Assembly: GCA_965235115.1 (NCBI GenBank)
Contig: OZ249436.1
Coordinates: 57,784,001-57,848,000 of the forward strand
Length of the DNA stretch: 64,000 nt
Reading direction: 5' to 3'
From: Laetmonice hystrix
Lineage: Eukaryota
Shown piece by piece: positions 34,638 to 48,719 of the stretch. How positions within the stretch are numbered: position 1 is the stretch's first letter; each line of letters opens with the position of its first letter. The notes beneath the pieces are model-generated. The model made no database searches, was not told the DNA's origin, and saw nothing but the letters and a program-made list of their open reading frames with translations. The position numbers and the translations under genes are program-made.

Positions 34638-36481
34638 GTAAGATATTTGCCTTTTTTTACTTTGTTGTTGGGTCTTATCTGCTTTTATTCTGGTGCTATC
34701 CTATATGCACGTATATCCTGAAGAATCATACTACTAGTAGTATGCACGCAACCATCAAAGTATTTAGCATGCTCCCCACCCATTGCCTTTTACAAATTAT
34801 GGAAATATGATTGTGTTGCCATGGCAACCATCCCATTTCAATCGAGCATCTATTATTCTTGGAGTCATAGTGATGTTATGACTTAACAAGACCACACATC
34901 ACAATAATTCATATACTTGTAAGTAATAGACCTCTCTAGGACCTAATTTCAGAACGAAGCATACCCTTCTTTTTTTTGTTCTTTTTGAATCCATCAGATT
35001 CCTCCAACGTTCACATAGTTTGACGATATACCTGGAAACAGAATTAGCTTTGGAAGTACGATTGAAAGAGTTCAACGGTTTGTTTTCGGCGGATCCAGAA
35101 TCCGAACGCTGACGACCAAATATCAGGTTTTGTCAAAATCCACGGCCGAGAACAGCAAGTGCCTAGTTCAGGAAATCATTTCGGGTAGCAGCGTCTTTCT
35201 TTGCGAGATATGTTGTAGTCTCCTGACTGATGTGCTCGCAGGGATTTAGGTTGCCATGGCAGCCAGTTGCCAGATATCCGGACATATGTGGCTTCTTGGG
35301 AGTTCCTATATCTGCCTACTATCCTGGTGCCTTAACAATCTCCTGTTCCCCATGTGCCTCCTATTACACATAATTCTACGGCCCCATCAGTTTGGAGTAG
35401 TTACTTCATAATTGAAACATCCCCAAAACTCTTGTACAAACCCAGACTCTGTTAGTGTTATAAGATTTACTGACATCACGCCCACATTATCAACTGGCTT
35501 ATAAAGTGCGACTTTCTGCCATTAATGTACGCTGCGGTGTAGATGTATGAAGATCGATAAGAACTTCTGTACACTAAGGCTCTTTCGGAGTTAAGAATGT
35601 CGGAATAAGCAAATATTTATATTTGAGCTTTCACAATATTGCGCAGCAAGGTGGCTATGTGCATCCACAGTAATTGTAAGCTACAGTTGAATTTGATTGG
35701 GTACGCTTTGACGCTAGACTGACTGCTTGTAGCTTTTTCAAAAGCCCTAAACGCAATAACGGTGTGGGAAAGGTGGAGATGAGATGAGATGAGTGAATGT
35801 TGCTTGTAACAGGAAAATGGTGGCATGTAACGTATTTCAGACAAGTAAATTACCTTACGCTTCCTGATTGCTTATGATAAACGTAACTGTATCGCGAAGT
35901 TATTCACCAGTTGGTTAATCAGGTGGTTAAATCAAGTATGGCAGAATTAATCAGCATTAACGTATTTTCAAAGTATGATTTGAGCATCGCTGTGGTTTTT
36001 GAACACTAAACAAGAGATTTTCGATTTTAAACAGCAAAACAGGATTGACAAGAGTCGTGGTATTATTTGTGTTCCACTAGCTAATGATCGAGGATGATTG
36101 GAGACGTTTGTTCCTGTTCTGTCGTTGTGACGAAAGCTAACCAGCTAACCTACTGACAACCCATGGACTCTTGGACTTTTATAGGATTAATCGCTTCTAT
36201 CCGTCATTTTACCCTAGCCTTCGAACATCAGTCATGATGTTTCGACCCCAATAAGGTCTCGCCTCTTTCTTCTGTCTCCCGTTTTCTTGATTCCGTCGTC
36301 GTTTCTGTTTCCGCCACCTTCCACCGAATCATACTGTGCTTAATTTACTAACAACCTCTAACATCTAACCTGGGGGGAAGGAAAGTGACATGTACCAGTG
36401 CTGGTTGGCCTTGATGTATGTTATTATTTTGGAGATAGATGTACCTACTTTAATTGGTTCCTGTACTTTATCTGTCTCTAG

Positions 36482-36579
36482 TGCTGTGGAGTATGGAGTG
36501 GACAATGAAAACTTGAGTATCTCAGCCATACGAACCATTCGAGTATTGCGGCCACTTCGAGCTATTAATCGAATACCAA
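36482..36579 (+). CDS. Cav3: Cav3 exon, domain I S3-S4 linker and S4 voltage sensor (98 nt, phase 2-1)
   Basis: Acceptor TCTGTCTCTAG; translates (G)[32 protein letters not shown](S); donor A|GTAAGT at 36580. Confidence 0.96.
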
Positions 36580-37285
36580 GTAAGTATTGGTTTTTCATTT
36601 TTCTCACAAAAATACGATTTCATTATGAAAATATTGACAGTTATTTGGCTATTCCGCTTGCTAGAATGACTGATGGTAAGTTTGGAGTGTGTCCAGGATC
36701 TCGTTTGCATGTGGGAACTCGGTTAGCATGAAACTGGACCACGGGCGACATTTAGTCTTTCTCTGCGTGATTCCCTTTATATATCACTTCAATCAATACG
36801 ATTACTATCACAAACGTTCTTCTGAGGGAGTACTGCTTCATTTTGCTCTTAAGTAGGAACTAATGGCGCAGCATTGCGCATGCTATGCAGTCTATGACGT
36901 TCGCGCTGCCATCGAACAGTGGCTGTGCGACTGCGATGTAAATGAAGGATTCGATTGGAATATACCTGGCCAGTCTGCGTGCTATAATTTATGAAACAGA
37001 GTTAGGCCTATTCTAAAACAGGTTTCGTAACTAGACTGATATATTCTAGGGCGCTTCACATGATTATTGACACAACGTTTTGGCCTGGGGACGATTCGAA
37101 GATTTGTTCTTTTTATGGATACCTTTGTGAGTTATTTTGCTCTCAGTTCAGTATATTACACATGTAGGACTATATATGCCAAAATTACGATTGAAGTAAT
37201 GTATTATCTGACAGGCCGGCCGGTCAGCCGACTCCGAACATGTGTGGGTATAGTTGGGCTCATTACAATGCCTGTAGACATAAAT

Positions 37286-37448
37286 NNNNNNNNNNNNNNN
37301 NNNNNNNNNNNNNNNNNNNNNNNNNNNNNNNNNNNNNNNNNNNNNNNNNNNNNNNNNNNNNNNNNNNNNNNNNNNNNNNNNNNNNNNNNNNNNNNNNNNN
37401 NNNNNNNNNNNNNNNNNNNNNNNNNNNNNNNNNNNNNNNNNNNNNNNN
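37286..37448. other. Assembly gap (163 N)
   Basis: Run of n. It is intronic, and the flanking exons join without missing conserved sequence (IP-S-MRIL). Confidence 0.99.
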
Positions 37449-39583
37449 TGTTTACTATGGACTACACAAATTCCTGCATAGTGTCAAAATTGTGGCGCCG
37501 GCCGGTTAGTGGAAACCGCCCTTAATGAAGAATTCTACTACATTGCTCTTACGCCGGTAAAATTCAGATTCAGATTTCATATTATATTGTATAACGTAGA
37601 TTAAGGCGGTGCACTGACTTGAAAAAGGTTTCATGAAGGTGAGAGCTGAAAGAACACCTACGAGATGTTGGTCAGATTGGTCGTATACGTCAGGGGGTTT
37701 GGTTGCCAGGTATGGGATGGAAGTACTGAAATGCGTGTCAAGGGCTGAAACTTATGATGAAGGCAACAAAGGTCAAAGAGGTATTGTAGAGGTGTGGTCT
37801 GGGTAGGGATTGGGGTGTGCAGGAGGTCCTCTCACAGGCCTGCCAGTGCAGGCTCCTAGTGTTCAGCTTAATGATGTAAAAGGTTAACAGAGTGAGAGAT
37901 GCCAGACGGCCCCAGCAATGGGAGCGAAGGCAATTGCTCCAAGGCACATTGGCAGCAGGACATCAGCACACACGCACGCCTTGTGCGGGTTGGTCCTTCA
38001 ACCCGAAATGTTAAACAAAGTAGGCCGCAAGGCTGTTCCAAATCCCTCGGCACCTTTGTCGCTCCCAATAGAGCAGGGTTGACAATGGCTTGCATGGATC
38101 GCATATAGAGTAATCTTTCGATTCTTAATTGCTAGTTCTGACCCGAAAATCGCGGAGTTAATGGGTAGTGAACACGGCTCTATCTGATCCTCGCGTGCCT
38201 TCCGATTCTGGTCACATTGAGATCATTTTCTCTACGTATTTGTCGGCGTACGGATAGTCGAGAGGGGCTGGAGCTGTAGTCTAACAGAAATATGTTAACA
38301 GGCCTCTTAAAATCTATTTATAACAAATTTTCCATAAATATTAATTACTACAGTGGTACACGGATATTCACCTCTACAACAGCTATATTTGATTATTATG
38401 CTTGATCATTTTTATACAAAATTTTACATAATTGCCAATGCCGGATAGAGGTGGAGTTGGTCTTTCCTTTAAAGTCGCCATACAGTTTACAATGGAGGCG
38501 GGTACGATTTGAAGAGGAAAGGTAATACATTATAGTTTATCTCTGTATTGTCATAAAGGCGCATGCAGTGGAACGGTTCCCAGTCTGAAATAGTAGCATC
38601 ATTGGGAGACCGTTTGTTACTGAGGTTATAACGGTCCCACGATGTGGCGGCTCAATCAACAATGGCTGATGAAAGATCATGATAAGGCCTTTGATAAATG
38701 TTCTTTTCACGATTTTAGAATTAGCCCGTGACATTTTCAAGGAGGGAGGCACCTGTAAACTCCAGCGTAATCAATGGTTATTGCTTTACTTTGTAACGTG
38801 ATAAATCTCTTGTTGATTTTCTTGTGGATTAGCAAAGATAAATATAGCTTTTCACTGACATTCTTAGGCAATCATGCCATTCTCAAACACAGTAGCAGAT
38901 GGATGTGGCATTGCCGGAGGTTAATTCAGCACTTATTGCTGATCATATGTCAGGTGGCAAGCCAGCTGATAAAATATTCATCAAATGCCTCAAGAAATGG
39001 GTGGTGCAGGGAAGCCTACCAGGTTTCTCTGCAAATGATTGGCTGATCAACCAACCGCCCCTTTTGATTGGCGAGTTCTGGCGCGTTTTCATCACAGGAC
39101 TGCCCAGGAACACTCGAGATTGCGAGAAAATATTACATCGTACTAAGATTATGCAAAGTACAATGCAAGGTTTCGCAGGTCCGAACAGGTACGGGTATAG
39201 ACTGTCGGGTGACATAACTTTGACTGAAATTTGCACTCATCTGTAAACGTACCTGTACAGACCACATGCATGGGACGTGTGGAGGCGTGTTTACCAGTAC
39301 ATGGAAACGTGTACAAAAAATATTTAAAAATATAAGTTATTAACTTATATTGTACCATCAAAACATACCTGTTGAATTCAAGTGTTTGTTTATATATAAA
39401 CCATGGTTGGATATAAGTGATAAATGAAATTAAACTGAGCACATTCTGCCTGCTCTATCCTAACTAACCTGCCCCAATGCACCTGTGTACCTAGAGCGTC
39501 GGAGGGACTCATAGCAAAACAACTCTGTCTGACGGAACCTGTACGGGTGGTCAGGTCGTGACCTTGCCTCCCAAAACATGACA

Positions 39584-39632
39584 TGATAATAGAGAGGTTT
39601 CGACACATTGTGTCGAAACCTCTCTATTATCA
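39584..39632. repeat. Perfect inverted repeat, 24-bp arms with a 1-nt centre
   Basis: TGATAATAGAGAGGTTTCGACACA-T-TGTGTCGAAACCTCTCTATTATCA. Confidence 0.95.
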
Positions 39633-42600
39633 GGTTGAAGAAAAACTGATACTAGTATATTATAGTTAGGGCATTATAATCTTTACTCCAAATTAGATAT
39701 TGTCAAAAAGGAGTCTTGGGAGGATAATTGAAATGGCTGTCTGTTTGCCCATATTTTAATACGTCACAGACCACACTTATGGAACCGTTATTAGAATGCT
39801 CATTTCTGTCCCGGTCCGAATTCAGCTCATCCAAACAGAAACGTCTGCTACATTTATATATATGCCGCATACAATCCTCCACTCCACAACATTTCTTTCA
39901 ATATGCGCTCAGGATAATAACCCAAATATTTCGAAGATACCGGAAGTGTTTTTCTAAAGCGGTTCACCTAACGTCATTCGGTTCAGAGGTCACCACCACA
40001 GTGTCAGGCTGATGACCTTCTCCCTGTCACCTGCTTCCATGAAAAAAATCCATTTTATCGATATGAATATCTGTCTGAGCTCTTCAGGAAGATAGTCTCC
40101 CTGCTTACAAGTTATCAAGACCCAAATCACCCTTTCAGCTGTCGAGCTGTTCTCTTTTTCGGCCATCCGGTGTGGTCCTTGTAGCTCGGATTGCGAGCGC
40201 TGTATTGACGAAGCCGACAATAAACACCATTAGAATCGGCCAGGAACGGCAGGGCAGGATATACATCTCAGCGAATGATTACAGCAGTTGCCTTCAATTA
40301 AAGCAGGTTCGAGAGCCACTGTCCATCAACGGTTGCAGGGAACTGTACTACTCTGATGTTGGATAACCGTACAGAATTACCGAATGGAGTCGGTGACGTG
40401 TTGTCTGGTTGTAGACCCCCACGTCCACCTCTCTCCCCGCCGCTCGAGAGTTCTAATGTAGAAAACGACCTCATGGCGGACGGATAAAGGACCACAACCG
40501 GGTGAATGTCCGCCAGAACGACTAAGGGTCCAGTCCCTCCTGGAGACCGTTTGCTTAATTATAGGCGATACCGGGGTCTGAGGCTTACTTCGGCGGATCA
40601 TGAGAGCTCGGTGGCTTTCTTATTTAACCATGAAATCACGGGGATATTCTTTATTTGTTCCTTGCTGGTGCGAACGTATTCATGTGTTTAAATTACAGTC
40701 AAATGACACAGATTCGAGAAATTATATCACCGTAAATTCACTCAGCTGGAACTGACGTCATGCCCTCGGGGTTATTGAACCTAAGTGACTAAATACATGT
40801 AAGTCATAATGATGGCCCTATAAGTATATAAACGGCCCTTCTGGCTGGTTCTGCTTTGATAGCAATTGCAAGGCTTCAGTCACGAATTTGAGATAATCTA
40901 ATATAACATTCTTGAAGAATATTAGACTCTTCAAATGTTGCAGGCAGGCATCCATGGCAGGCATCTATAACAAATCCAAGTGTGCCAAATTGAATGTTAA
41001 GTGGTCACTCATTCGTGCCGAATATTTTGGCACCATAAGTTACAGTTGTCGGGGAGCGCCGTGGGTGTTTAGGCAGTTTCATTTCCATTTTGTCTCCAAA
41101 CATCTCGTTCGACCATTCTGTCGGAACGAAAGATGACCGTCAATAAGTTAATATTGATGTTAAATTCTCCTTCCTTCTTTGAAAGTGTCTCTTATAATTC
41201 ATTTTATATGAGAGACGCTGAAAGAAATATCGTGGAGACTTAGGAAGTCACCCGCAGACAGTTGCATTCCTATTTTCTGTCAGCAATAAGACGATTTCTC
41301 TTTCAACTCGCATGCGGTCTCTGACCTTACTGTGAAAATGGAATCCCAATGCCGTCTTCTTTACACTATATATTTGGAGCTTATCTCTTGATCAAACCAG
41401 AAGAACCTGGCTGTTGTGGTCTCTACTCTGGCAATGAAACCAAGTCCTCTACAGGCAATAATATTGTGCAGGCCAGACCTTCACATCACTCTCTGTCGCT
41501 ATTAGGGTCATTGCTAGATGGTACTCTCTCAATTCGTGACAGCTTTCTATTATGTGGAAATATAAAGCCCAGCGATATCGTTCAAGTAAGATGTATACGG
41601 TGTCCAATTCATTACTTCTTGACAGTTTATTTAATTTTTAAGATATATTAGAACCAAATGGTAGCTCGCCAGTGATATCTTGGAAAAAGATGTTGCCTCG
41701 CTCTTATTCTTTCCATTCCCAGCTATGACATCCCCATAAAGATCCCCATAAGTACAGCAAAGTCGCTGTCCCAGAAGTCGATGCCTAACATCATTTCTGG
41801 GCTTATTTTTTTTTAAATAAGTGGGAACATCTTCAATTAATTTATCTTTTTTTCAAATTTTACGAAACATTCTGTATAAAAAGGAGAGAAGATAAGGAGG
41901 ATAGCATTTCTCCATTAACTATTTATCATCAGAAGCCTTCCTGTCGTACATAAACATGTTTTCTCTCTCGACGGGCCGGATGATTGATGATAACTGTGTC
42001 AGAGTTTAAGCAGGAAGACTTCAATGCTCAAATAACCATATTTGTATATACCATGCAGCCACTTTCAAAGGTGTTAGCATTTCATGAACACTGGATAGAA
42101 TTGACGTTGAAAAGTGAAACAATGTTAGAATCTGATATTTACACGAAAATGGCCCCTTTTTGAAAATTTTGCAACCATTAAATTGTTAGCTTTCCCAGCA
42201 TGAGTCTTCGATTCTTGCACATAGACAAACGGTAGACATCTAGATCTCTCGGCCCTCGCCTGTATTGTCGATGCATCACATGAATAAGAATGGGTTCGAC
42301 TGGGTGCAGGTCACCGGGCGACGTGTGTTCATGTAATAAGTGGGCTGGCTATACTCCCCCCTACTTCTTATTCTGATGGTAATATACGGGTTACCATGAA
42401 CCGGTGACGCTAATGCGAAGGCATGAAGGCCATTTCTGAATTAATCATAAAGAATAGAATTACAAAGCCAATCAGGCTTAGAACCGTCTGAGAGCTGCGG
42501 GATATTGTTATGCAGAGGACCTTTCTGGTAAAAAATACTATCAGGCCATTGAGCAAATTAAGCCCTATTTAGCCATATACTTAACAAGTAAGATTGTAAT

Positions 42601-42772
42601 GTTGTAGTCATATGTTTTCCCTTAGACCCGTGCCCATTTTAAATAACCAGGTCTTCAATACTATTGTTTCCGTTTTAGCACACAGTATCAGAATGTTGAA
42701 TTGGTTGAGAACAAACGATTTACAGGGTATTATCGAGCTGTTGGTTTTATTTTTCGTTTTGTCAATTTTCAG

Positions 42773-42953
42773 GTATGCGAATCCTAGTCATGCTGCTCCT
42801 CGACACTCTGCCCATGCTGGGCAACGTCTTGCTGCTCTGCTTCTTCGTGTTCTTCATCTTTGGCATCATCGGCGTCCAACTATGGGCCGGACTGCTTCGC
42901 AATCGCTGCTTCCTCGACATACCCGAAAACATTTCCTACCCACCTGAATCTGT
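42773..42953 (+). CDS. Cav3: Cav3 exon, domain I S4-S5 linker, S5 and start of turret (181 nt, phase 1-2)
   Basis: Acceptor TTTTCAG; translates (S)[59 protein letters not shown](V); donor GT|GTAAGT at 42954. Confidence 0.95.
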
Positions 42954-45900
42954 GTAAGTTTCACTGTTGATTTCACGAAATATTTAAGAAAGAACGGACA
43001 CCAATTTTATTCAGGTTAAAGTACCGGTAGTTTAAATACGGTCAAATGACAAATGTAATTTTCAACTTAAAACCATTTTGGTAAATCGCATTTAAGTAGA
43101 GATGCAGGACTTAAAGATCATGCAATGAAGATTGTTAATTATTGTATCACCTTTCTGCAAAATGTATCTTCCCTATGGTTTCCCTTAAAGCGGTGTGAAA
43201 GAATAGCGACGCTGTGTCGTGTGTACAAAACCTTGAGGGTCAAACTAATACACCGAGCGTGTCCTTCCCCAGCCCCAATTTGGTATTTGTCCCTCAATGG
43301 CAGCGTCACTGATCAGTTGTGAGAAATGATTTATCAAAATCGGATCTTCACAAGGTGAAGGTCCTCAACGAGCTAGGTTAAAGTGATTGGTGCATCGATT
43401 CTGTGGGACCTTCAAATGCCAGGAGAGTGGTAGAAAACGAGTGTGTCTCCGACTCGGAATCTTGAAGCTCCAAAGGCTGACTGGGCTTTGATCGGTGCCA
43501 TCATCCGAGTTTTCATTTTAGAACATATTGATGTATTATATGGAGGAATGTGATTGGATACCAACTGCCTGAGTATCTTTTTTATCATCCTTTCACTGAG
43601 ATGAACCTTTTATGATCGGTGGCGGCACTGATGAAAGCGAAGTGATGATTGGACACTACATGGCCGTTTGAACTGCAATATCTATGGCACTGTTTTCTCC
43701 GCCGAAATGAGGCGGTATTTACCACACGGTATTGAAAGTTCATGCAGGGCCAGTCCCAATCAGCAGACCATCATGATTTTATTTTCCTCTTAACATAAAG
43801 GCTCACTCCATCATCGGTGTCGGTGTGTTAGGGAAGTGCCCAGCTAAAACTGGTTCAGACCATGTCTTGTTTTTGCTTGCTTACCAAGCTGACGGGGGCA
43901 CGTATACTTATTGCCAGGATCAGGTTTGATTTGCTCTTGATAACAACTGATGTTGTTGATCAAACCAGGAAACTCCCGTTGTAGGAAATAGCTATATTAC
44001 AATGAAATGTCCTCGTTTCACCCCAGATTTATTTCTTCTTTCGAAAGCGTTAACCAAATTTAACACTTTCAACATGCAAGCCTCTCAGCATGCATGTTGA
44101 GAGCCGGCAGTGCAACTGTACGACGCCTCCTTTGGTCTGATTACTGTGAGCCCGACCGTGAACTAGTGCGCTGTTCATGTGATAGACAAATCCATAACCT
44201 TCCTTATCCACAAGGCTCACGGACTCCTCACGTCATTCCAATTGATTCAACACATGTAATTTTGAACCATGCATCGACTGATGAGGGCCTTCCAAAATGG
44301 ATCCCAACTGTATGGGCGACCCCCTAGCGTTCGCCGTGTAATTACTGCGTGCAGATATGCATGCCTCATACCGTTACATGACTAGATTCAGGGTAGGCCT
44401 TTCACGGTAACATGTCGGAACTGACGTCAATGCACACATGCAGTCTGTGGGCAGTCAGTGTTCATGCCGTGATTTCAACCAGTATTGTTTGTCCTCTGAG
44501 AAAGACAATAAACATGCTATATTTGGGTCACTATTGATCGGGTCATAGCTGAATAAAAACAGGGAATATTACTAATCGCTGTTCAAAAATACACGGATAA
44601 AATTGAAATATGTGAAAGCATCATCTTGCCCTTGAAAATTTTCATCACAACATCACACTGATGATAAATAGGATTGATTTTGGTGATATTAAAATGTATA
44701 CATGTACTGGGGAAGTTAAATCAGTAACTTGTAACAGGTCTAGATCTAATCAGGATCCGTGAGCAATCAGTTGTGTATATTGTAGAAGTATTTGAGATTT
44801 GAATATAACGGTTCCGCGAGGTCTTAACTTTTGTTGTGTTCCCCGTAAATCAAAGTACTGATCGATTAATTTGAAAGCCAAATGTAATTTAACTTTCTAT
44901 AAACCACCCCTTGACAGATCTGTCTTTTTCAGCAATTAAGTAACAGTGACCATTGTCTGATACTGATGAGTGTGTAACGAGCAGGATTTGCTGTAATATT
45001 GAAAAATTAGAGAATCATTGATAGTAATGTCGTACGGTAATGCTAGTCCTCCACCATTTTATTCGTTAACACCTACTTATCAGAAAAATTCCTTACGCAA
45101 GGTTGTTATGAGAACAGAGATTCTAGGGCGAATATCGGGATATTATCCCAGGTGCGGGTGACGTAACTGATCAACTTGTCATATAATTTCCATTTAATAT
45201 GATGAAGATTTATCTGAGAGCGCCAGCAGTTCACTATTTTTCACCCCCTCGACACATACATTAATTGATGAATTAATGTTAAAATATTGGATTATAAATA
45301 TAAAGCATGCGCTTGCAAATTGATGAAACTTGACAGTAAGAGAAATTAATTTCATCGAAAAAAGCCCACTTCATTGGTGGTAATCTTGATGAAGAAAATT
45401 TACATAATCATGAGCACTTGTAGAGATAGCAATTAAGAGCCTTGGAGATTTTGATGTTCGGTGTGATTAGGGACCATCTTCAGTGAATATTAGAAATTTC
45501 CTTGATTACTAGAAGCGATATTTACATTTGAAAGTTAAATCTAATGCTGAATTTGGACAAGAAAATGGTAGGGGTGTGATGGTAGTTTGAACGAGAGGAA
45601 TTGCACAGTAATTGAACCACAATCCGGTTGCAGAATTTTACAGAATAGATTTTAATCGACGAATGTACTAAAGTTACTTAATGACTGTACACTACTCTCA
45701 AGATCTTCATGAATCAACGCTGCCTAAGTTTGCAACGCCTAATTATTACCAATGTGGTTATAGGCACTGGACAGCGTGGTATGCAGTGGCAGCAGATTCC
45801 ACCAAAATTGAACAAAACATTAATGTCTTGACATAAGGATCATCGTTGCTGTGGTGGGAATTGAAGATAGAGAGGTTCATTATGTGTAGCCATGAACCAA

Positions 45901-47230
45901 CCATATAATTAAAACTCGCGTCCGTAGCTCTGATTTTAATAAATACTTTGGCGTACAACTTCGGTATAGCAATGGCGCAAATCCTTGAAAAGGGACAATG
46001 AATATTGGATGCAATCAAAGCATTGAACTGAATGTAAACATTCACTAATTCGGACCCAATTAGAAGGAGGTCGCAGCTATTTTTCAGTTTAGAATCACTA
46101 TCAGAAAATCTTATTATGCCAACGTAGGTATTCATTAACATAATAACTGCGAGACCTCATTTATCGGATCTTATGGAATGTTTAGACGAAATTGAGGATT
46201 CGTTCCTTGTCAGCAATAATGTCTGCAGCAGGAAGATTTGCCTCCAACGATGTTGGGTTACTCTGCTCGCCTGGCTCTATAATGGTGATGAAGAAATGTT
46301 AGTACAGTGTTACCATAGCAACACCATTTACAGGCAAGGTCCTAACGAGGTTGGCAGAGGGAATTATTGCTGCCCTCTTTTAGCAGCACAAGATGCCAAT
46401 GGTCTTTGTGTACCTTGCGGATATATATTGAAATCTCAAAGCCTACCAGGGGTATATTTTCAAGGGAAACAGAACTTTGAAAATCTCATTTATGGGCTTC
46501 CTTGGGATATCGCTAGGGGGCGCCACTTAACTCTTCAACTGTCGCGCCCTTCTGGCTTACTCGGCGAACAGTTTCTGGTGCAATAATATGAAAATTGTAG
46601 TATTCTGAAAGATTGATGAAAAGGCAGTTCATTATTCGGAGATTTTAGTTTCGATCTAACATCAAATCTTCATCAAAATATTGAAAATATCTTCATCAGA
46701 AATACAGCTTGATACAAGGGCCCTAATATCAGTTCTGACATCAGCTGCCAGCTGTTTTTATGGTCACTTTGGCTACAATCAGCAACAGCATTCACGAAGC
46801 ATCATAAATGAGATCGTAATTTGGTTACCATGGTAATACTTGTTATGGCGTCAAAAATGAGGCAAGTGCTGAGCCACCACACACAACTGGGAGAGCCGGC
46901 CTAACGACCCAAGGCACGTTGTAACCGAAGGTTCAACGAATTTTATGCAGGAAAAAAACCGGATAGGCCTACTGTCCCAATCAATCCCGTCATGGAAACA
47001 ACTTTCTGGGTGGTGAATAATTATGTCACGCCGAATCCCGGCATGCATCACGCAGCAACCGGTTGACGGCCATGACGTTGTCCTTGAATCTGCCCATTTT
47101 CTTCAACACACGCTATAGGTAACTGGTTTCAGTGCCTCGACCGCCCCACCTGCCGCCCAACCTTTTAACACATATTTTTGAACGATAATGTTTAGATTTG
47201 GGAACATAGATATTAATGGTTTCGATACGG

Positions 47231-47510
47231 TGCAGTGTGGGCCTATAGGCGCACTGTCAGGAGAAATATAGGCCTACCAATTCATGGAGATTTACTTACT
47301 GCAGCTGGCGTTAGTTGTAATTTTCTACCATTATCTCTTCCCATGAAAATGCAGTGTGGGCTCATTGTCAAAAATGGGATGGTGACACCCTTTCTGTTCA
47401 GAAATGGCCTAATTGTCCCAAACCTTAAGGCTTTAGGCCTACTTAGGCCTAATGTTGAATAGGGCCTACGTGCAGCGTGGGCTCACTGTCCAACTTATAG
47501 GCCTACTTTT
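47231..47510. repeat. Degenerate tandem repeat of about 120 bp, rich in TAGGCCTA
   Basis: TGCAG(T/C)GTGGGC...CACTGTC-like core at 47231, 47350, 47471; four TAGGCCTA at 47269, 47434, 47444, 47498. Confidence 0.6.
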
Positions 47511-48269
47511 AATGATTATAATAAACGGGTGTTGCCCAAACAACATCTCCCGAGTTTTGCCTGCATAGAAATTATTGTTCCCGTCGGTCTTCCCTTCTTG
47601 TCAATTGTCCAGACGGACAACAGTCTTGATGTTCACACGTGTCACGTTATATGAGGAAAACCTAGTGAACGACAATTTAGACAGCACCAATTCTGAACCG
47701 ATACCCTATACATGTGTACTATAAGAGAAAGCCCATGCAGCTACAATATTCGATTCTTACAAATGTAATCCATCCAAGTTTAGCCTGTTGAAGACACGTT
47801 CTACACGAAACTCTTCACCGTTGGAATTTCCAGTTTGTATTGCCGATGGTGGTTGGTAAGGTAATTAGTCGAACCAAGGGCTTCTCCATCCCGACCGAAT
47901 ACAGATAAGGAGAAGAAACCCAACAACACTAAATGCGTGCCCTTTGATCTGTTATGTTCGTGTCCATTACCAACCGATATGCTCTACGTCCTGCAGTGAA
48001 GATATTTGGCAGTAAGACCAACAAATTAGACCCTAGCCTTCAGTCATTTAGATTTCTAAGTTTGCGCCCGTGGCGCCATATCTCTGGCACGGATATGACA
48101 ATGACTGACTCACAACATGACGCGTGTATACAAACGTGGCCACTGTCAAAGCTAATAACTGAAACTCGCGTGCTCGCATGCTCTACAGAGTCGACATGCA
48201 AATCTGAAAAAAGTAGAGGAGCTCAAGTAATGAGATATCATGATGTAGTGTCAAGCTGGGGTCCACTGA

Positions 48270-48719
48270 CAGAGGCGGATCTAGGGGGGGGTGTCCAGGG
48301 GCCCGCCCCCCCTAAATTTTGGACAAGTAAGGTATAACTTAGGCCCAAATGAAGCCAGCCACCCCTTTCTAGCAGTAAAGTAAGGTCTAACAGTAAACCT
48401 GGAGATTTATGAAGATTGAAATTTCTCACACTCACCTAGTATCTCAGTGGCTAAATGTTAATAAAATATTTAAATATTTTTTACGTCCAAAAATCTATAA
48501 TTGATTTCGTGTAATCATTTCAGTTAATTTGTTCTTTTCTTTTAATTATTTTCAATTTATTTTAGTATTTCACAGGTCTCAGCTTTAGGGTAACCCCCCC
48601 CCCCCCCCCAATGTCCTATGTGAACTTTGATGGATTTGCCAAATATAGGCTAACCCCTTTCCGACTTCGTCCCGGTAGCCCCCCCCCCCTCCTTAGCGAA
48701 AATCCTGGATCCGCCCCTG
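48270..48719. mobile_element. 450-bp MITE with CAG...CTG termini and 6-bp TSD (hAT-like)
   Basis: Left CAGAGGCGGATCTAGG; right reverse complement CAGGGGCGGATCCAGG (14/16). CACTGA flanks both sides (48264-48269, 48720-48725). Confidence 0.8.

Noticed and set aside
37067-37525. ORFs spanning X residues
   Set aside because: Artefacts of the N gap.
45758-46586. Possible decayed LINE ORF1 on the minus strand
   Set aside because: Only vague compositional resemblance with stops and frameshifts; not supportable by eye.
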